Source: Planctomycetota bacterium (GTDB lineage: Bacteria > Planctomycetota > B15-G4). From it: a DNA stretch of 64,000 nt. Position numbers and translations under genes: made by a program. Positions 43,270-53,871 of the stretch are shown piece by piece. The stretch covers positions 1 to 64,000 of the forward strand of contig JBBQUR010000004.1 in NCBI GenBank assembly GCA_038212275.1, in the 5' to 3' direction. Numbering within the stretch: the first letter of the stretch is position 1; each line of letters starts with the position of its first letter. The notes beneath the pieces are model-generated. The model was not told where the DNA came from. It saw nothing but the letters and a program-made list of their open reading frames with translations, and did not search any database.

Positions 43270-44982
43270 TCAGGCGAGCGGAGCCGCGCGGGGGGACGAC
43301 GTCGGTCCGGGCGAAGCGGGTGGAGCGCGGCGGGCCGTTGCGAGCTGCATGAGTGCCGGGATGGCCAGATACAACGCGAGCCCGATGAGTCCGATGGCGG
43401 CGATGGCGTTCACGAGCGAGATGTCGAACCCCTGCGCGGACTGCATATTGGACATGATCAGGCTGCCCAGTGCCCAGAGGGTGATCACCAGCACGAAGAT
43501 CATCGGCGGCAGCGTGAAGGCGATGGAGCGCCCCGATCGCGCGAGCCAGACGGTGATGACGAGCAGCGTGAGCGCCGCGAGCAGCTGGTTGCTGGCTCCG
43601 AAGAGCACCCAGAAGCGGGTCCACATCCCCGCCTCGGCGAAGGTGAGCAGGAAGGCAGGGACGGCCAGCGTGATGAGCGTTGCGAGCACGGCGGAGGCGG
43701 TGCCGCGCCATCCGAACAGTTCCTGGATGATGTAGCGGCCAAGCCGCGTGGTGACGTCGAGCGTGTCGAACACGAAGGTCGAGAAGGCCATGGCGCCGAA
43801 GGTGATCGCGAACCCCAGCCTGTCCTCGCCGAGGATGAGGCACAGGAATCGGCCGATGCCCTGCCCGTAGATGGTGCCGGGAGAGAGGCCTGCCATGTCG
43901 CCCGGCGCCAGGATCATGATCGTGACGAGCGCGATCAGCGCGACGAAGCCCTCGGCAAGCATGGCGCCGTAGCCCACGGGCTGGATGTGGCGTTCGTTGT
44001 CCACCTGCTTCGAGGTCGTGCCCGAGCAGACCAGTCCGTGGAAGCCGGAGCAGGCGCCGCACGCGATGGTCACGAACAGGAACGGAATCAGCGGGGCCGC
44101 GGGGGCGCCCGCGAGGGGCTCGTGGAACGCCGGCTGCCTGATCGAGTAGCCGCCGAACAGAATCCCGACGACCCCGATGGCAAGCGCACTGTAGAGCACG
44201 AAGCCGCCAAGATAGCCGCGCGGTTGAAGCAGGGCCCACACCGGCGTTACCGACGCGACGGCGCAGTAGGCAAGGATGATGAGGCCCCAGTCATGCCGGT
44301 CGAGCACGAAGGGCGCGCTTGCGTGCGTGCCGAGCCACGCCACGCCGAAGGTTGCCGGCACGAAGACCAGCGTGAGCAACCAGAGCGGCGGGCGCAGCAT
44401 CCGTTGCGCGAGGCCCATGATCACGGCCAGCCCGAGATACATCGTGCTGGCCGCCGCGACCGCGCCGCCGGGATGGAAGCCGAGCGACTGCCCGGCAAGT
44501 TCCTCGGGACCGGTCACGAAGGTGCCGGCCGTGATGTCGACAAAGGCGACGATGACGTAGATCAGCGCGATCCAGATGAAGGCGAGCATCGCCAGACCGG
44601 CGCGACGCCCGAGGTGCTCGCGCGCGATGTCCGCGATGGACCGCCCGCCATGGCGGACGGAGGCCGCGAGGCTCGCGAAGTCATGCACGGCACCGATGAA
44701 GACCACGCCGAAGCTGATCCAGAGCAGGCATGGCAGCCAGCCGTAGCTCTGGCACGCGAGGATCGGCCCGGCGATCGGTCCCGCGGCTGCGATGGCGGAG
44801 AAGTGCTGCGCGAAGAGATAGAAGGGCGGCGTGGGCACGAAATCCGCGCCGTCGGATTGAACATGCGCCGGCGTGGGGCGTTGCCCGTCCAGGGAGAATT
44901 GCCGCGCGACGAGGCGGCCCCAGAATCGATAGCCGGCTCCCAGCAGCACCACGAACAGGAGTGCTAGAAGCGGCAGGCTCAT
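43270..44982 (-). CDS. cstA: Carbon starvation protein A family transporter
   Basis: HFSAIAAAGPIAGP, GAVHDF, FVTIACGACSGFH, GYGAMLAEG, LFGASNQLLA. Confidence 0.92.
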   Translation of the reverse strand: MSLPLLALLFVVLLGAGYRFWGRLVARQFSLDGQRPTPAHVQSDGADFVPTPPFYLFAQHFSAIAAAGPIAGPILACQSYGWLPCLLWISFGVVFIGAVHDFASLAASVRHGGRSIADIAREHLGRRAGLAMLAFIWIALIYVIVAFVDITAGTFVTGPEELAGQSLGFHPGGAVAAASTMYLGLAVIMGLAQRMLRPPLWLLTLVFVPATFGVAWLGTHASAPFVLDRHDWGLIILAYCAVASVTPVWALLQPRGYLGGFVLYSALAIGVVGILFGGYSIRQPAFHEPLAGAPAAPLIPFLFVTIACGACSGFHGLVCSGTTSKQVDNERHIQPVGYGAMLAEGFVALIALVTIMILAPGDMAGLSPGTIYGQGIGRFLCLILGEDRLGFAITFGAMAFSTFVFDTLDVTTRLGRYIIQELFGWRGTASAVLATLITLAVPAFLLTFAEAGMWTRFWVLFGASNQLLAALTLLVITVWLARSGRSIAFTLPPMIFVLVITLWALGSLIMSNMQSAQGFDISLVNAIAAIGLIGLALYLAIPALMQLATARRAPPASPGPTSSPRAAPLA

Positions 44983-45198
44983 CCTTCGGGAACTTCCTGC
45001 TGGGGTCGCCACCGGTGCGGGCGATCGGGCGGGGGCATGGTGAGAATGCGCGAGCGAAGGATAGGGCGGCTCGCCGCGCTGATTCAACCGCCGCACGCCG
45101 TCGGAACGAGAGACGGCCCGGCTCGAGTCGAGGACTCGGGCCGGGCCGCGTGTCGCAGTGGGCTGCGCGGCTTCCTGGAAGCTGCGCAGGCGGTCGAA

Positions 45199-46773
45199 TC
45201 AGGGAGTCAGTGCGGAGAGTCCGTTGCTCGCGGTGAATCCGGTCGGCGAGCCGCCGTCCACGAACCACATCTGGTGGTACAGGGAAATCTCGGACGGAAC
45301 GCCGGATGGGAAGGTCGTCGAGAAGCTCAGTGAGCCGGACGCGTTGCTGGCGAAGCCGGCGACCACGATGTCCGGCGACGGCACGAGCGTGCCGGACTTG
45401 AAGGGCGCGAACACCGTGTTGAAGCCGGCGACCATGATCGCGGGCTTCGAGATCGGGCCGGACTGCACCTGGTAGGTGATCGTCGACAGGGGCTCAAGCG
45501 TGCCGCTGCCCGAAAGGCGCGGCGTCGCACTCACCGTGTAGTACGCAAAGCCCATGTCCTTCCAGGTCAATCCGCGATTCCGGAAGAAGAAGTCGTCGCC
45601 GCCGAGTGTGTTGGCGAAGAGGACTTCGGGCAGGCTGTCACCGTCCACGTCGACGATGGTCACGTCGCGCGAGTCGCCGGGCGAGTTCGGCAGCTGGCCG
45701 TACATGATGCGCGTGAACGTGGCATCGCCATTGTTGATGTAGAAGAATCCATCCGCCTGGCGGTTGGCGACGATGAGGTCGAGGTCGCCGTCCCGGTCGA
45801 GATCGCCCCACGCCGAGTGGTAGGAGTCGCTCGCGCCAAGAGACGGTTCAAGTCCCGTCAGCTTCTGGAAGTGGCCCGTGCCGTCGTTGGCGTACAGCAT
45901 GTTGCCCTGGCCGAATCGGCGCGTGGCGAACAGGTCCAGGTCGCCGTCATCGTCGAAGTCAGCGAGCGACACGCCGTAGGTCTCGCCCACGTCGTTCACG
46001 GCCGGATCGCCGGCCAGGCGCACAAAGCTTCCAAGGACTCCACCCTGAGCGTGGCCCTGGTTGATGTAGATGAAGTTGTGCTCGTTCTCGCTGTTGGCCA
46101 CCACGATGTCGGGATCGCCGTCGTTGTCGAGATCGCCGACGGCCACGCCGCGCGAGGTGCCGATGTCGGTGACGAAGGGGCCCGTCGTGACTTTGGTGAA
46201 GTTGGCGGCTCCATCGTTGAGGTACATCGTGTTGGTCTGCAGGCGGTTGACGAAGACCAGATCGAGGTCGCCGTCGAGTTCGAGATCGACCCAGGCCACG
46301 CCGTAGGTCTCGCCCTTGTCGATGGCAATCGGACCAGTGAGCTTCTTCTCGAAGCGTCCTTCGGTGCCGGGCGTCGGACCCACGTTGCGGTAGACCTCGT
46401 TCGGCATGCCCAATCCATCGGGGAGCAGTCCCTTGCTGCCGTTGGCGATCGCGAGGTCGAGGTCACCGTCACCATCCATGTCGCCCCACGCTGCGCCGAA
46501 CGAGTGATCCGCCGTGACGTTCAGGCTGAAGGGCGGCACGACCGCGAAGTTCCCGAAGCCGTCGTTCCGGTAGACCACATTCGGTTGAGCGAAGTTCACC
46601 GCGATGAGGTCCATGTCGCCATCGCCGTCGAAGTCGCCCGGCACGAGGGCGCGCGTGTCCTGCCCGTCCATGGAGATCGGTGCGGCCGGGTCCGAAATGA
46701 GCACCGGGTAGTTCTGGGCTGTTGCGACGCCGCTGGCGACGGCAAGAGCGATGACGAGTTTCTGCGTGAGCAT
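45199..46773 (-). CDS. Secreted FG-GAP/VCBS repeat protein with conserved C-terminal domain
   Basis: Signal peptide; seven GDxDxDGDLDL-type repeats. Confidence 0.9.
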   Translation of the reverse strand: MLTQKLVIALAVASGVATAQNYPVLISDPAAPISMDGQDTRALVPGDFDGDGDMDLIAVNFAQPNVVYRNDGFGNFAVVPPFSLNVTADHSFGAAWGDMDGDGDLDLAIANGSKGLLPDGLGMPNEVYRNVGPTPGTEGRFEKKLTGPIAIDKGETYGVAWVDLELDGDLDLVFVNRLQTNTMYLNDGAANFTKVTTGPFVTDIGTSRGVAVGDLDNDGDPDIVVANSENEHNFIYINQGHAQGGVLGSFVRLAGDPAVNDVGETYGVSLADFDDDGDLDLFATRRFGQGNMLYANDGTGHFQKLTGLEPSLGASDSYHSAWGDLDRDGDLDLIVANRQADGFFYINNGDATFTRIMYGQLPNSPGDSRDVTIVDVDGDSLPEVLFANTLGGDDFFFRNRGLTWKDMGFAYYTVSATPRLSGSGTLEPLSTITYQVQSGPISKPAIMVAGFNTVFAPFKSGTLVPSPDIVVAGFASNASGSLSFSTTFPSGVPSEISLYHQMWFVDGGSPTGFTASNGLSALTP

Positions 46774-47137
46774 GAGCGTGACGTCTCCTTGCGATGATCC
46801 AGGCTGGCAGGGAATCGTCCTATCGGACGAGTGGTGCCCTGAGGCTGAGGCCGGCTGGACGATCACGGAATCAAGTGTCTTTCAATCGTCACGTCCGGCG
46901 GCGTCACCACGGGCGTTGGGCCGCGCCCCATGCTCCCTGGGCACGGTGCCGGGAAGGTCAGCGCTGCGGGCGTGGCGAGTGGTTGCAGCCCTCCCGTTCG
47001 GCCGAAAGGGCCCGGAACGCCTGCCGCTGATGGTCCGGCGCGGCCGGTGACGGGCGGCTCGTGGGGGGGCGGGTGGCGAAAGGCCCGGCTGCCTGCCGGG
47101 TGCTGCGCGGACGGCTGGGGCGCCGCCCGGCGGGGGC

Positions 47138-48307
47138 CTACTTCTTGAGGAAGTAGTAGTAGAGCTGCCCCTCTTCCTGGGTGGTGCCCGCGAGTCTTTC
47201 CGCGCCCTGACCGATGCCGAGGTAGAGGTCGGCGCGGCCGGCCGTGCGAATGGCGCCGCCCCTGTCCTGATCGAACATGAAGCGGTTGAAGGACTTCGGC
47301 GACCGCCCGCCACCGTAGTGAAGCTTCGTGTCCACGAAGACGAGTGCGCCGCGCGGGAAGAGCGACTTGTCCGTCGCGATCGAGCGATTGGCGCTGACCT
47401 CGACATTCAGGCAGCCACGCGGATTGCCATCGATCGGAGTGAAGAAGACGAAGGACTCGTTGCGCGCGAGGTACTCGGGGACTTCGTCGGGGTGTTCAGC
47501 TGCCCAGGCGCGGATGGTGGTCAGGTTGGCAGCGGCTTCCTTCAACTCGCCGGCCTTCACGAGTGCGGCGCGCAGCGATGAGTATTCGTGCCCGTTCTTG
47601 CCTGCATAACCCAATCGGTAAAGCGAGCGATCGGGAAGCCGGATGACCGCGGAACCATTGACGTGCGCGATGTAGGCATCGAGCGGATTCCTGAGCCAGG
47701 CGAGTTCGAGGCCCTGACCGTCGAGCATTCCCGACGATTCGATCGTGCGCCGGTCCGGATAGGGCTGCAGGCCTGTGGCCGTCTGCTGCCCCTGCGTCTC
47801 GCCTTCCTTGTCCTTCACGAGGTCCGGTGGAAGCGCGTAGAGCGGATACTTGTAGACGTCGGTGCGCTCGAGGCTGCCGTCAAGGATGGGCGTGCAATAA
47901 CCGGTGAAGAGCACACCGCCGCCGGTCCCGTCCCATCCGGCGCTCTTGTAGACCTGGAATTCCTTGTCGATGGCGCGCGCGAAAGCCTCTTCGTCGGGGC
48001 TGGTCTCGAGCAGCTCCCGGAAACGCACCACGCTTGCCAGCGTCTTTTCGTGGCTGATGCCAGCCATGGGGAAGTAACGCGGCGCGCTGGGCTTGTTGAG
48101 GAATTCCAGAGAGTGATCCAGCGCGGGAAGAATGCTCGCCTTCGCGGCCCACTCCGGCCGCACGTCGGGTCGCGGCTCGCCCGGGCGGAGCGGGATCAAC
48201 GCGGGGGCTCCCGGCGGAAGCGCCCTGGTGTAGTCCTTCTTGAGTTCCTCGCCGGAGCATGCGGTGAGGCACAAGAGGACGAGCGACGCGCTGATGAATC
48301 TGTTCAC
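47138..48307 (-). CDS. mltA: Membrane-bound lytic murein transglycosylase A
   Basis: Lipobox LTAC; FTGYCTP, HVNGSA, NESFVFF, SIATD, DQDRGGAIR, RADLYLG. Confidence 0.9.
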   Translation of the reverse strand: MNRFISASLVLLCLTACSGEELKKDYTRALPPGAPALIPLRPGEPRPDVRPEWAAKASILPALDHSLEFLNKPSAPRYFPMAGISHEKTLASVVRFRELLETSPDEEAFARAIDKEFQVYKSAGWDGTGGGVLFTGYCTPILDGSLERTDVYKYPLYALPPDLVKDKEGETQGQQTATGLQPYPDRRTIESSGMLDGQGLELAWLRNPLDAYIAHVNGSAVIRLPDRSLYRLGYAGKNGHEYSSLRAALVKAGELKEAAANLTTIRAWAAEHPDEVPEYLARNESFVFFTPIDGNPRGCLNVEVSANRSIATDKSLFPRGALVFVDTKLHYGGGRSPKSFNRFMFDQDRGGAIRTAGRADLYLGIGQGAERLAGTTQEEGQLYYYFLKK

Positions 48308-48418
48308 GCGGGCCAGACTACCGGGCGCGGCCGCTGAATCCAGTGCCGGGCTGCAGGCCGTCGTGCGAAGCGCATGACGGCCGGGCGATGCGCCCGGCGT
48401 TTGGCTGAGGCGCCGGAA

Positions 48419-48496
<78 letters not shown>

Positions 48497-48639
48497 ACAT
48501 CTAGCGGTGTGCGCGGGCTTGGAGCCCCCGCACGCGGGCGGGAGGTTACCCGAGCGCAGGCGGCAGGGACAAGGGCAACGTCCGTTCGAAGCGGGCGTCG
48601 CGGATGTAACGCACCGTCGGGGTTGCCGTCCTGCACGAC

Positions 48640-49545
48640 ATGCTCAACCACGTGATGCTGCTGCTTCCGATGCTGTCCCTGCCGTGCCAGTCGGCGCCCG
48701 TCTCCTTCACTGGCCTTGTTTCAGTGCGTCCGGGAGTGGCTCTGGCCCCTGGCGTGCTCGAGGGCGGCCGTCCGCGCTCGCGGGCGCTGCTCGTCGCGCT
48801 GCACGGTGGCAGCTTCTCGGATTCCGACCCCCTGCACCTCGCGGAACGCTGCCGCGAAGCTCTGGACGCAGCGGCGCGCTCGGAGGGCTTGCGGCTGCTC
48901 GTGCCGGTGGCTCCCGTGCCGGCGGAGGCGCTGCCCGAGACAGGCGAGCGCGCACCAGCATCCGCGCCGCTCCCCGGGGACGGCACGCCGCGAGTGGCAC
49001 CGGCTCGAGTGTCACCGGCTCGAGTGTCACCGGCTCGAACAGCGTCGGAGGGTTATCAGGTCCCCTGGCTGTTGCCGGAGGGCGAGGATCTTGTGCTGGC
49101 GCTCATCGACGCGGAGATCAAGGCGCGGCGCGCCGATTCGACGCGCATCTATCTCGCAGGGCACGGAGCCGGCGCCACGGGGGCCTTGATGTTCGCAGCT
49201 CGGCACCCCGAGCGGGTCACGGCGGTTGCGGCGTGGGCCGGCACGCCTCCGCCTCTCTGGGACGCCCGGCGGCGCGTCGTCGGGCTGATGGACAACCCGG
49301 TGGCAGCCCTCGAGAGCGTGCCTGTCTACCTGTGGACGGCCCGCGATGACGTGCTGCTCGATCGCGCGGCGCTGCAGCTCTTCACGCGTGGGCTTGCCGT
49401 CCAGCGGCCGGCTCCGCGGCTGCTGATCGACGATGAGTCGGGTGGGCACGGCTACGGTGCCGCGGGCCCCGGACCGGGCCTGCGCTTCCTTCACGCCCAG
49501 CGAAGGAAGGAGGTGCCCCGACAGCCCGTGCCTGCATCGCACTGA
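48640..49545 (+). CDS. Alpha/beta-hydrolase-fold protein with a degenerate nucleophile elbow
   Basis: LVALHGG, ADSTRIYLAGHGAGATG, ARHPERVTAV, GGHG. Confidence 0.65.
   Translation: MLNHVMLLLPMLSLPCQSAPVSFTGLVSVRPGVALAPGVLEGGRPRSRALLVALHGGSFSDSDPLHLAERCREALDAAARSEGLRLLVPVAPVPAEALPETGERAPASAPLPGDGTPRVAPARVSPARVSPARTASEGYQVPWLLPEGEDLVLALIDAEIKARRADSTRIYLAGHGAGATGALMFAARHPERVTAVAAWAGTPPPLWDARRRVVGLMDNPVAALESVPVYLWTARDDVLLDRAALQLFTRGLAVQRPAPRLLIDDESGGHGYGAAGPGPGLRFLHAQRRKEVPRQPVPASH
48991..49038 (+). repeat. 15-bp tandem repeat x3 encoding RVAPA/RVSPA
   Basis: CGAGTGKCACCGGCT x3. Confidence 0.9.
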
Positions 49546-49563
49546 GTCGTCGGCGCAAGCCGC

Positions 49564-50448
49564 TCAGCGCGTCATGACCTCGGCGCCGTCGTGCCCCACA
49601 TGCATCGTGTGCTCGAACTGCGCCACGACGGCATCGGCGCGCTCGACCAGCGGTGGATACTCGAACACGGCGCCGGCCCGGATGAGGTCACGCAGCGTCT
49701 GCTCGACCACTCCGGCGCCGTGCTGGCGTGCGAGTTCGCGGCGGCAGAACGGCAAGCCCTTGCGGGCCATGATCTGGTCCACGACGCCCGAGTCGGAGTG
49801 CCGGGGCGCTTTCAGTTTGCGCTGGGCGCCGAAGACCTCGGCGCGACCCTGCTCGACCACCGTGCCGCGCCCGGTCGTGGCGAACGGTTCGATGCAGATC
49901 ATCATGCCTTCCTTCAGCACCGCGTCGTCCGAGTCCGGCACGTTGGGAATGGCAGGAGAGCAGTGGATCGTGAACGGCGCAATGCCGTGACCGGTGAGGT
50001 TGGCGACGGGCTTGTGGCCGTACGCGCGCATCGTGGCCTGGATGGCTGCGCCGATGTCGCGGGTGCGCGTGCCGGGGCGCACCAGAGCGATCGCCGCTTC
50101 GAGCGCCTGCCTGCTCGCTTCGAGCAGCGTGGCGTGCGATCCGAGGTCCGCGGTTTCAGCCGTGTCGGCGATGCAGCCGTCGAGGTGGACGCCGAGGTCC
50201 ACCTTGGCGACGTCACCGACACGGAAGACGCGTTCGTCGTCAGGGCCGCAGCAGTCATGCGCGGCGATGCTGTTCACCGAAACCTGTGCCGGGAATGCCA
50301 GATCGGCGCCCTGCGCGCGGATGTACGCCTCAATGGTGTCAAGGACATCCACGTAGCGGACGCCCGGACGGATCGAAGCCACGGCGGCACGTCGTGCCGC
50401 GCTGGCGATTCGGCCTGCTTCACGATACTTCTCGAGATCGACGCGCAT
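49564..50448 (-). CDS. map: Methionine aminopeptidase, type II
   Basis: AFPAQVSVNSIAAH, KVDLGVHLDGCIADTA, NLTGHGI, IEPFATTGRG, insert with GLPFCRR, YPPLVE...VAQFEHT. Confidence 0.93.
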   Translation of the reverse strand: MRVDLEKYREAGRIASAARRAAVASIRPGVRYVDVLDTIEAYIRAQGADLAFPAQVSVNSIAAHDCCGPDDERVFRVGDVAKVDLGVHLDGCIADTAETADLGSHATLLEASRQALEAAIALVRPGTRTRDIGAAIQATMRAYGHKPVANLTGHGIAPFTIHCSPAIPNVPDSDDAVLKEGMMICIEPFATTGRGTVVEQGRAEVFGAQRKLKAPRHSDSGVVDQIMARKGLPFCRRELARQHGAGVVEQTLRDLIRAGAVFEYPPLVERADAVVAQFEHTMHVGHDGAEVMTR

Positions 50449-50611
50449 GGGGGGCAGAGAATAGATCACCCGGCACGGGCTGCACACCACATTGCCTGCG
50501 AATCCCGCACTATACTGCGGCGTCCGAAGCGCCGCCGTGCCTGCCGAGGACGTCGCAGCCGGCGCGAAACGAGGCGCACCCGTCGCTGCCCTGCCGCCTC
50601 CGAGAGCCTCC

Positions 50612-51223
50612 ATGTTCACACGTCGCTCCTTGCCGCTGGCTGCTGCCGTGCTGGCGTGCGCCTTCGGCTCTTGTGACGACGCGTCGGAGGCCTCCAGATG
50701 CCGGCGCCAGGAAGGCGAGCCTGTCTCCGGCGCGATTCTCGCGTCGGCCGACTGTCCTCCCGGAGAGCGCGTTGCCGAGGACAAGCCCTTCGGGCCTGTC
50801 GCGGTGCTGCTCCAATCGACGGGGGCTGCGGGAGGCGGGCAGGCGCTGCACGCGACCTTGCGCCCCGTACGCACCCTCGGTTCCGTGGCCTGGCATTGGG
50901 AATTGTCGGGAGGCGCCGCGCTGCTCGAAGGAGCCGTTGCAGGCAGTGCCGACCCGGAGGGCGGCGTGATCAGTGTGGTGGATGCCATCGTGCGCCCGCC
51001 TTCGGCCGGAGCTTCGGGGCGCGCAATGCTCGTCACGAAGGCCGTCTTCGAGGGGGCCGATACGAGCGGGCCCACGGGACCCGAGATCACGATCCAGTCC
51101 GTGGAGTTCCGCTGGGGGGAGGGCGACCCGTCTTCCGTTCCGATCGTGAGCGGCTTCGATGCCGCCACGGGTGAGGCGACATCGTTCGCGCTGGTGCCGT
51201 CTTCTCAGCGGCCGGGGCGCTGA
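50612..51223 (+). CDS. Small exported protein/lipoprotein, module copy 1
   Basis: Lipobox-like AFGSC; paralogous to 53872-54471. Confidence 0.7.
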   Translation: MFTRRSLPLAAAVLACAFGSCDDASEASRCRRQEGEPVSGAILASADCPPGERVAEDKPFGPVAVLLQSTGAAGGGQALHATLRPVRTLGSVAWHWELSGGAALLEGAVAGSADPEGGVISVVDAIVRPPSAGASGRAMLVTKAVFEGADTSGPTGPEITIQSVEFRWGEGDPSSVPIVSGFDAATGEATSFALVPSSQRPGR

Positions 51224-51226
51224 GAC

Positions 51227-53527
51227 GTGTTGCGCACCGGAGTGCGTGCACTGCTGCTGACGAGCGTCCTGCTCGGTGCCGTCTCGCAGGCCGGCGCGCA
51301 AGGTTTTGCTGTCACCGGCCGTTGCGTGTACGTGGACAAGGCGTGGGACTACGACGGCTGGACCGGCGCGCGACCCGAGCGCGCGATCCGTCGCGCCGAT
51401 GTCGCCGTCGTCGAAGCGCTCACCAACCTGGTGCTTGGCACGGGCACCACCCAGGCCGACGGAAGTTTCTCGATCCACTGTGCTGCCCTGCCATTCGTCG
51501 GACTCAAGGTGCGATGCGAGGCGGACACGCAGCTCTCCAGCGGCTTTCAGCGCCTGCGCGTGACCAACGAATCGAGTGTCGACTACGCTCTGGAGAGTCA
51601 GGTCTTCTCGGTGCAGGACCCGACGAAGCCGTTCGATGTCGGCACGCTGGTTGCCATGCCCATGCTGGCTGGAAGCAGCGAGGGGCAGCCGTTCAACCTG
51701 TTTGACATGGGCGTGTCCGCGCTGGAATACCTCACCGGACCGGTTGTCGGCGCGTCGCCGATCATGCAGCCCTTGCGCATCGCCTGGCCGAGCCCGGGCG
51801 GCACGTTCACGTGGGGCACCGTCATGCATCTCGGCGAGCAGGACGGCTACGACGATGCCGTGGCGTTGCACGAGCTGGGACACGCCGTGCACAAGGGCTG
51901 GTCGGGAGACGACAGCCAGGGCGGGCCGCACTCGTTCGGTGAGAGCGATCAGGAACCGCGGCTTGCCTTCTCGGAGGGGTTCGCCACGCTCTTCTGCGGG
52001 GCGGTGCAGAGCTGGCTCGGTCTCGAGGCGCTCTACGTGGATTGCGACGGCAGCGCCACGATCGGCGGCGTGCAGCTGAGGCTGCGGCTGGAGACGGTGG
52101 CGCCGTGGGCCGGCGAATGCTTCGGCGAAGCCGACGAGGTGGCAATCGCCTGCACGCTGTTCGACGTGTTCGACGACGAGTTGACGCCGGACGCCACGCC
52201 CGGCAGGGACGACGACCTCTTCCTCCTCGGCACGCACGTGAACGGCCTGTCGGCGCAGGCAGCGTGGTGGACTCTGTTCACGGGACCGCTCGCGGCCGCC
52301 ACCAACCTCGCGCAGCAGGATGCTTGGGACCAGTGGCTCATCCTCCATGCCGCCGACCCTCAGCTGCAGGCATGGACTGCTGCCTTCGAAGAGCGTCACA
52401 TCCGGTTCACGCGCGATGCGCAGGAACCCGACAGCGCGCCGTCTCTTGCGGTTCCCACGGCTGCCGTGCACGACGGCTCCTGGTCCGCGGAGCACACGCT
52501 CTACGACCCCGTCGCCGACTCGCTCGCACCGGGCACGGGCGATACGGACCACTTCGCCGTGTCTCTCGTGGCAGGCGACGTGATCGAGGTCGCCACGCGT
52601 TATCCAGCGGGTGTCACGGATGCGGAGACGGAGTGTGATCCGTATCTCGAGCTCCATGCGCCGTCGGGATCGCTCGTTGCTTCCGATGACAACTCCGGTC
52701 CGGGCCGCAACGCGCTGCTCGCCGCCGTGAGCATCGACCAGAGCGGCACCTGGCTGGTGAAGGTCGGCACGCACAACGCGCTGCGCCGCTATGGCCGCTA
52801 CGAACTGCGCATCAGCTACCTCAGTGAAAACCTGCCGCCCCAGCTCGTGGCTGGCCCGAGTGCCTTCCCCATGACGGTTCGGGCGGACGACACGTCGCAG
52901 CTGTCGGCGCTGGCGGTCGATCCTGACGGCGACCCTCTGCTCACCTACGCGTGGACGCCGCTGGACGGCGGCCGCATCGAGGGCTCTGGGCCGAATGTGC
53001 TGTTCGATCCGCCGTTCGTGCTGCAGCCAGCCGAGGTGAGGGTGCGGCTCGTCGTGAGCGACAGCTTCGGCGCTACGTCAGCGCCTGCAGAACTCACACT
53101 GACGGTGCTGCCGGCGACGGGTGGCCTCTGTTCGGGCTCCGCAGCGTGGCAGAGTCTCGGGACGGGAAAGCCGGGACTTGGCGGGACGCCGGAGCTTGTC
53201 GGCATCGGCTTGCCGATCGTCCCGGGTCTCGGTTTCGCCCTGAGAACGACGGGACTCACACCGAAGCTGCCGGGCTTCATGGTCTTCGGCTTCTCGCAGA
53301 TCGAGGTCGCGTTCGACGGCGGCACGTTCTGGGTGTCTCCGGAACTGCTGCTGCCGGTCACGCCGAGCATGTCGGGCGAGCTTCTCATTCCCCTGGTGCT
53401 GCCTCCCGAGCCGCTGCTCTGCGGACTCTCTCTCTACACGCAGGTCATCGTGCCGAACGATCCCGGCGCCACGGGCGGCAAACACACCGCACAGTCCAAC
53501 GGGCTGAAGCTCACCTTCGGGGACTGA
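51227..53527 (+). CDS. Secreted zinc metallopeptidase (HELGH...SEG) with PPC-like, PKD-like and C-terminal domains
   Basis: Signal peptide; ALHELGH, RLAFSEGFAT; DPYLEL...SDDNSG (PPC-like); DPDGDPLLTYAW...VSDSFG (PKD-like). Confidence 0.8.
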   Translation: MLRTGVRALLLTSVLLGAVSQAGAQGFAVTGRCVYVDKAWDYDGWTGARPERAIRRADVAVVEALTNLVLGTGTTQADGSFSIHCAALPFVGLKVRCEADTQLSSGFQRLRVTNESSVDYALESQVFSVQDPTKPFDVGTLVAMPMLAGSSEGQPFNLFDMGVSALEYLTGPVVGASPIMQPLRIAWPSPGGTFTWGTVMHLGEQDGYDDAVALHELGHAVHKGWSGDDSQGGPHSFGESDQEPRLAFSEGFATLFCGAVQSWLGLEALYVDCDGSATIGGVQLRLRLETVAPWAGECFGEADEVAIACTLFDVFDDELTPDATPGRDDDLFLLGTHVNGLSAQAAWWTLFTGPLAAATNLAQQDAWDQWLILHAADPQLQAWTAAFEERHIRFTRDAQEPDSAPSLAVPTAAVHDGSWSAEHTLYDPVADSLAPGTGDTDHFAVSLVAGDVIEVATRYPAGVTDAETECDPYLELHAPSGSLVASDDNSGPGRNALLAAVSIDQSGTWLVKVGTHNALRRYGRYELRISYLSENLPPQLVAGPSAFPMTVRADDTSQLSALAVDPDGDPLLTYAWTPLDGGRIEGSGPNVLFDPPFVLQPAEVRVRLVVSDSFGATSAPAELTLTVLPATGGLCSGSAAWQSLGTGKPGLGGTPELVGIGLPIVPGLGFALRTTGLTPKLPGFMVFGFSQIEVAFDGGTFWVSPELLLPVTPSMSGELLIPLVLPPEPLLCGLSLYTQVIVPNDPGATGGKHTAQSNGLKLTFGD

Positions 53528-53596
53528 TCCGCCGACGGAGACGGAATCGCCGACGGGGACTGATCCGCTGACGGGGACTGATCCGCCGACGGAGAC
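53518..53596. repeat. 18-bp tandem repeat x4+ (CGGGGACTGATCCGCCGA) at the junction of the two modules
   Basis: Directly visible; the first unit contains the peptidase stop codon. Confidence 0.9.
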
Positions 53597-53871
53597 CGGG
53601 CCCACAGGGATGAGGCCGACAGGGACACAGCGGCCTGCGTGTCGTGTCGCGGGCGCTTCACGAAGGCGGGGAGTCGCGGCCGATCCAGCAGCCGGTTGTC
53701 GGGGCTGCCCGCTGCCCTGTGCCGGCCGTCCCGCTCAAGGCTGGGCCACGGCTCAAGGCTGCCTGCCCGACCTGCCGATGGTCAGGTCGCCGCGGACGCC
53801 GGGCCGGCGCGAATCACTCGCGCCGCCAGCCCGGACTTCGAGCGGGCCGTGCCACTCCAACGATCGACACC

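Noticed and set aside
42315..43400. yybP-ykoY riboswitch upstream of terC
   Set aside because: terC starts 1 nt after the cstA stop, leaving no leader.
46774..47137. GAAA-capped hairpins upstream of the FG-GAP gene as a riboswitch
   Set aside because: No match to a riboswitch consensus I recognise; such hairpins are expected by chance at this GC content.
53518..53596. 18-bp repeats as a CRISPR array
   Set aside because: Units are contiguous with no unique spacers and are too short; no cas genes in the window.
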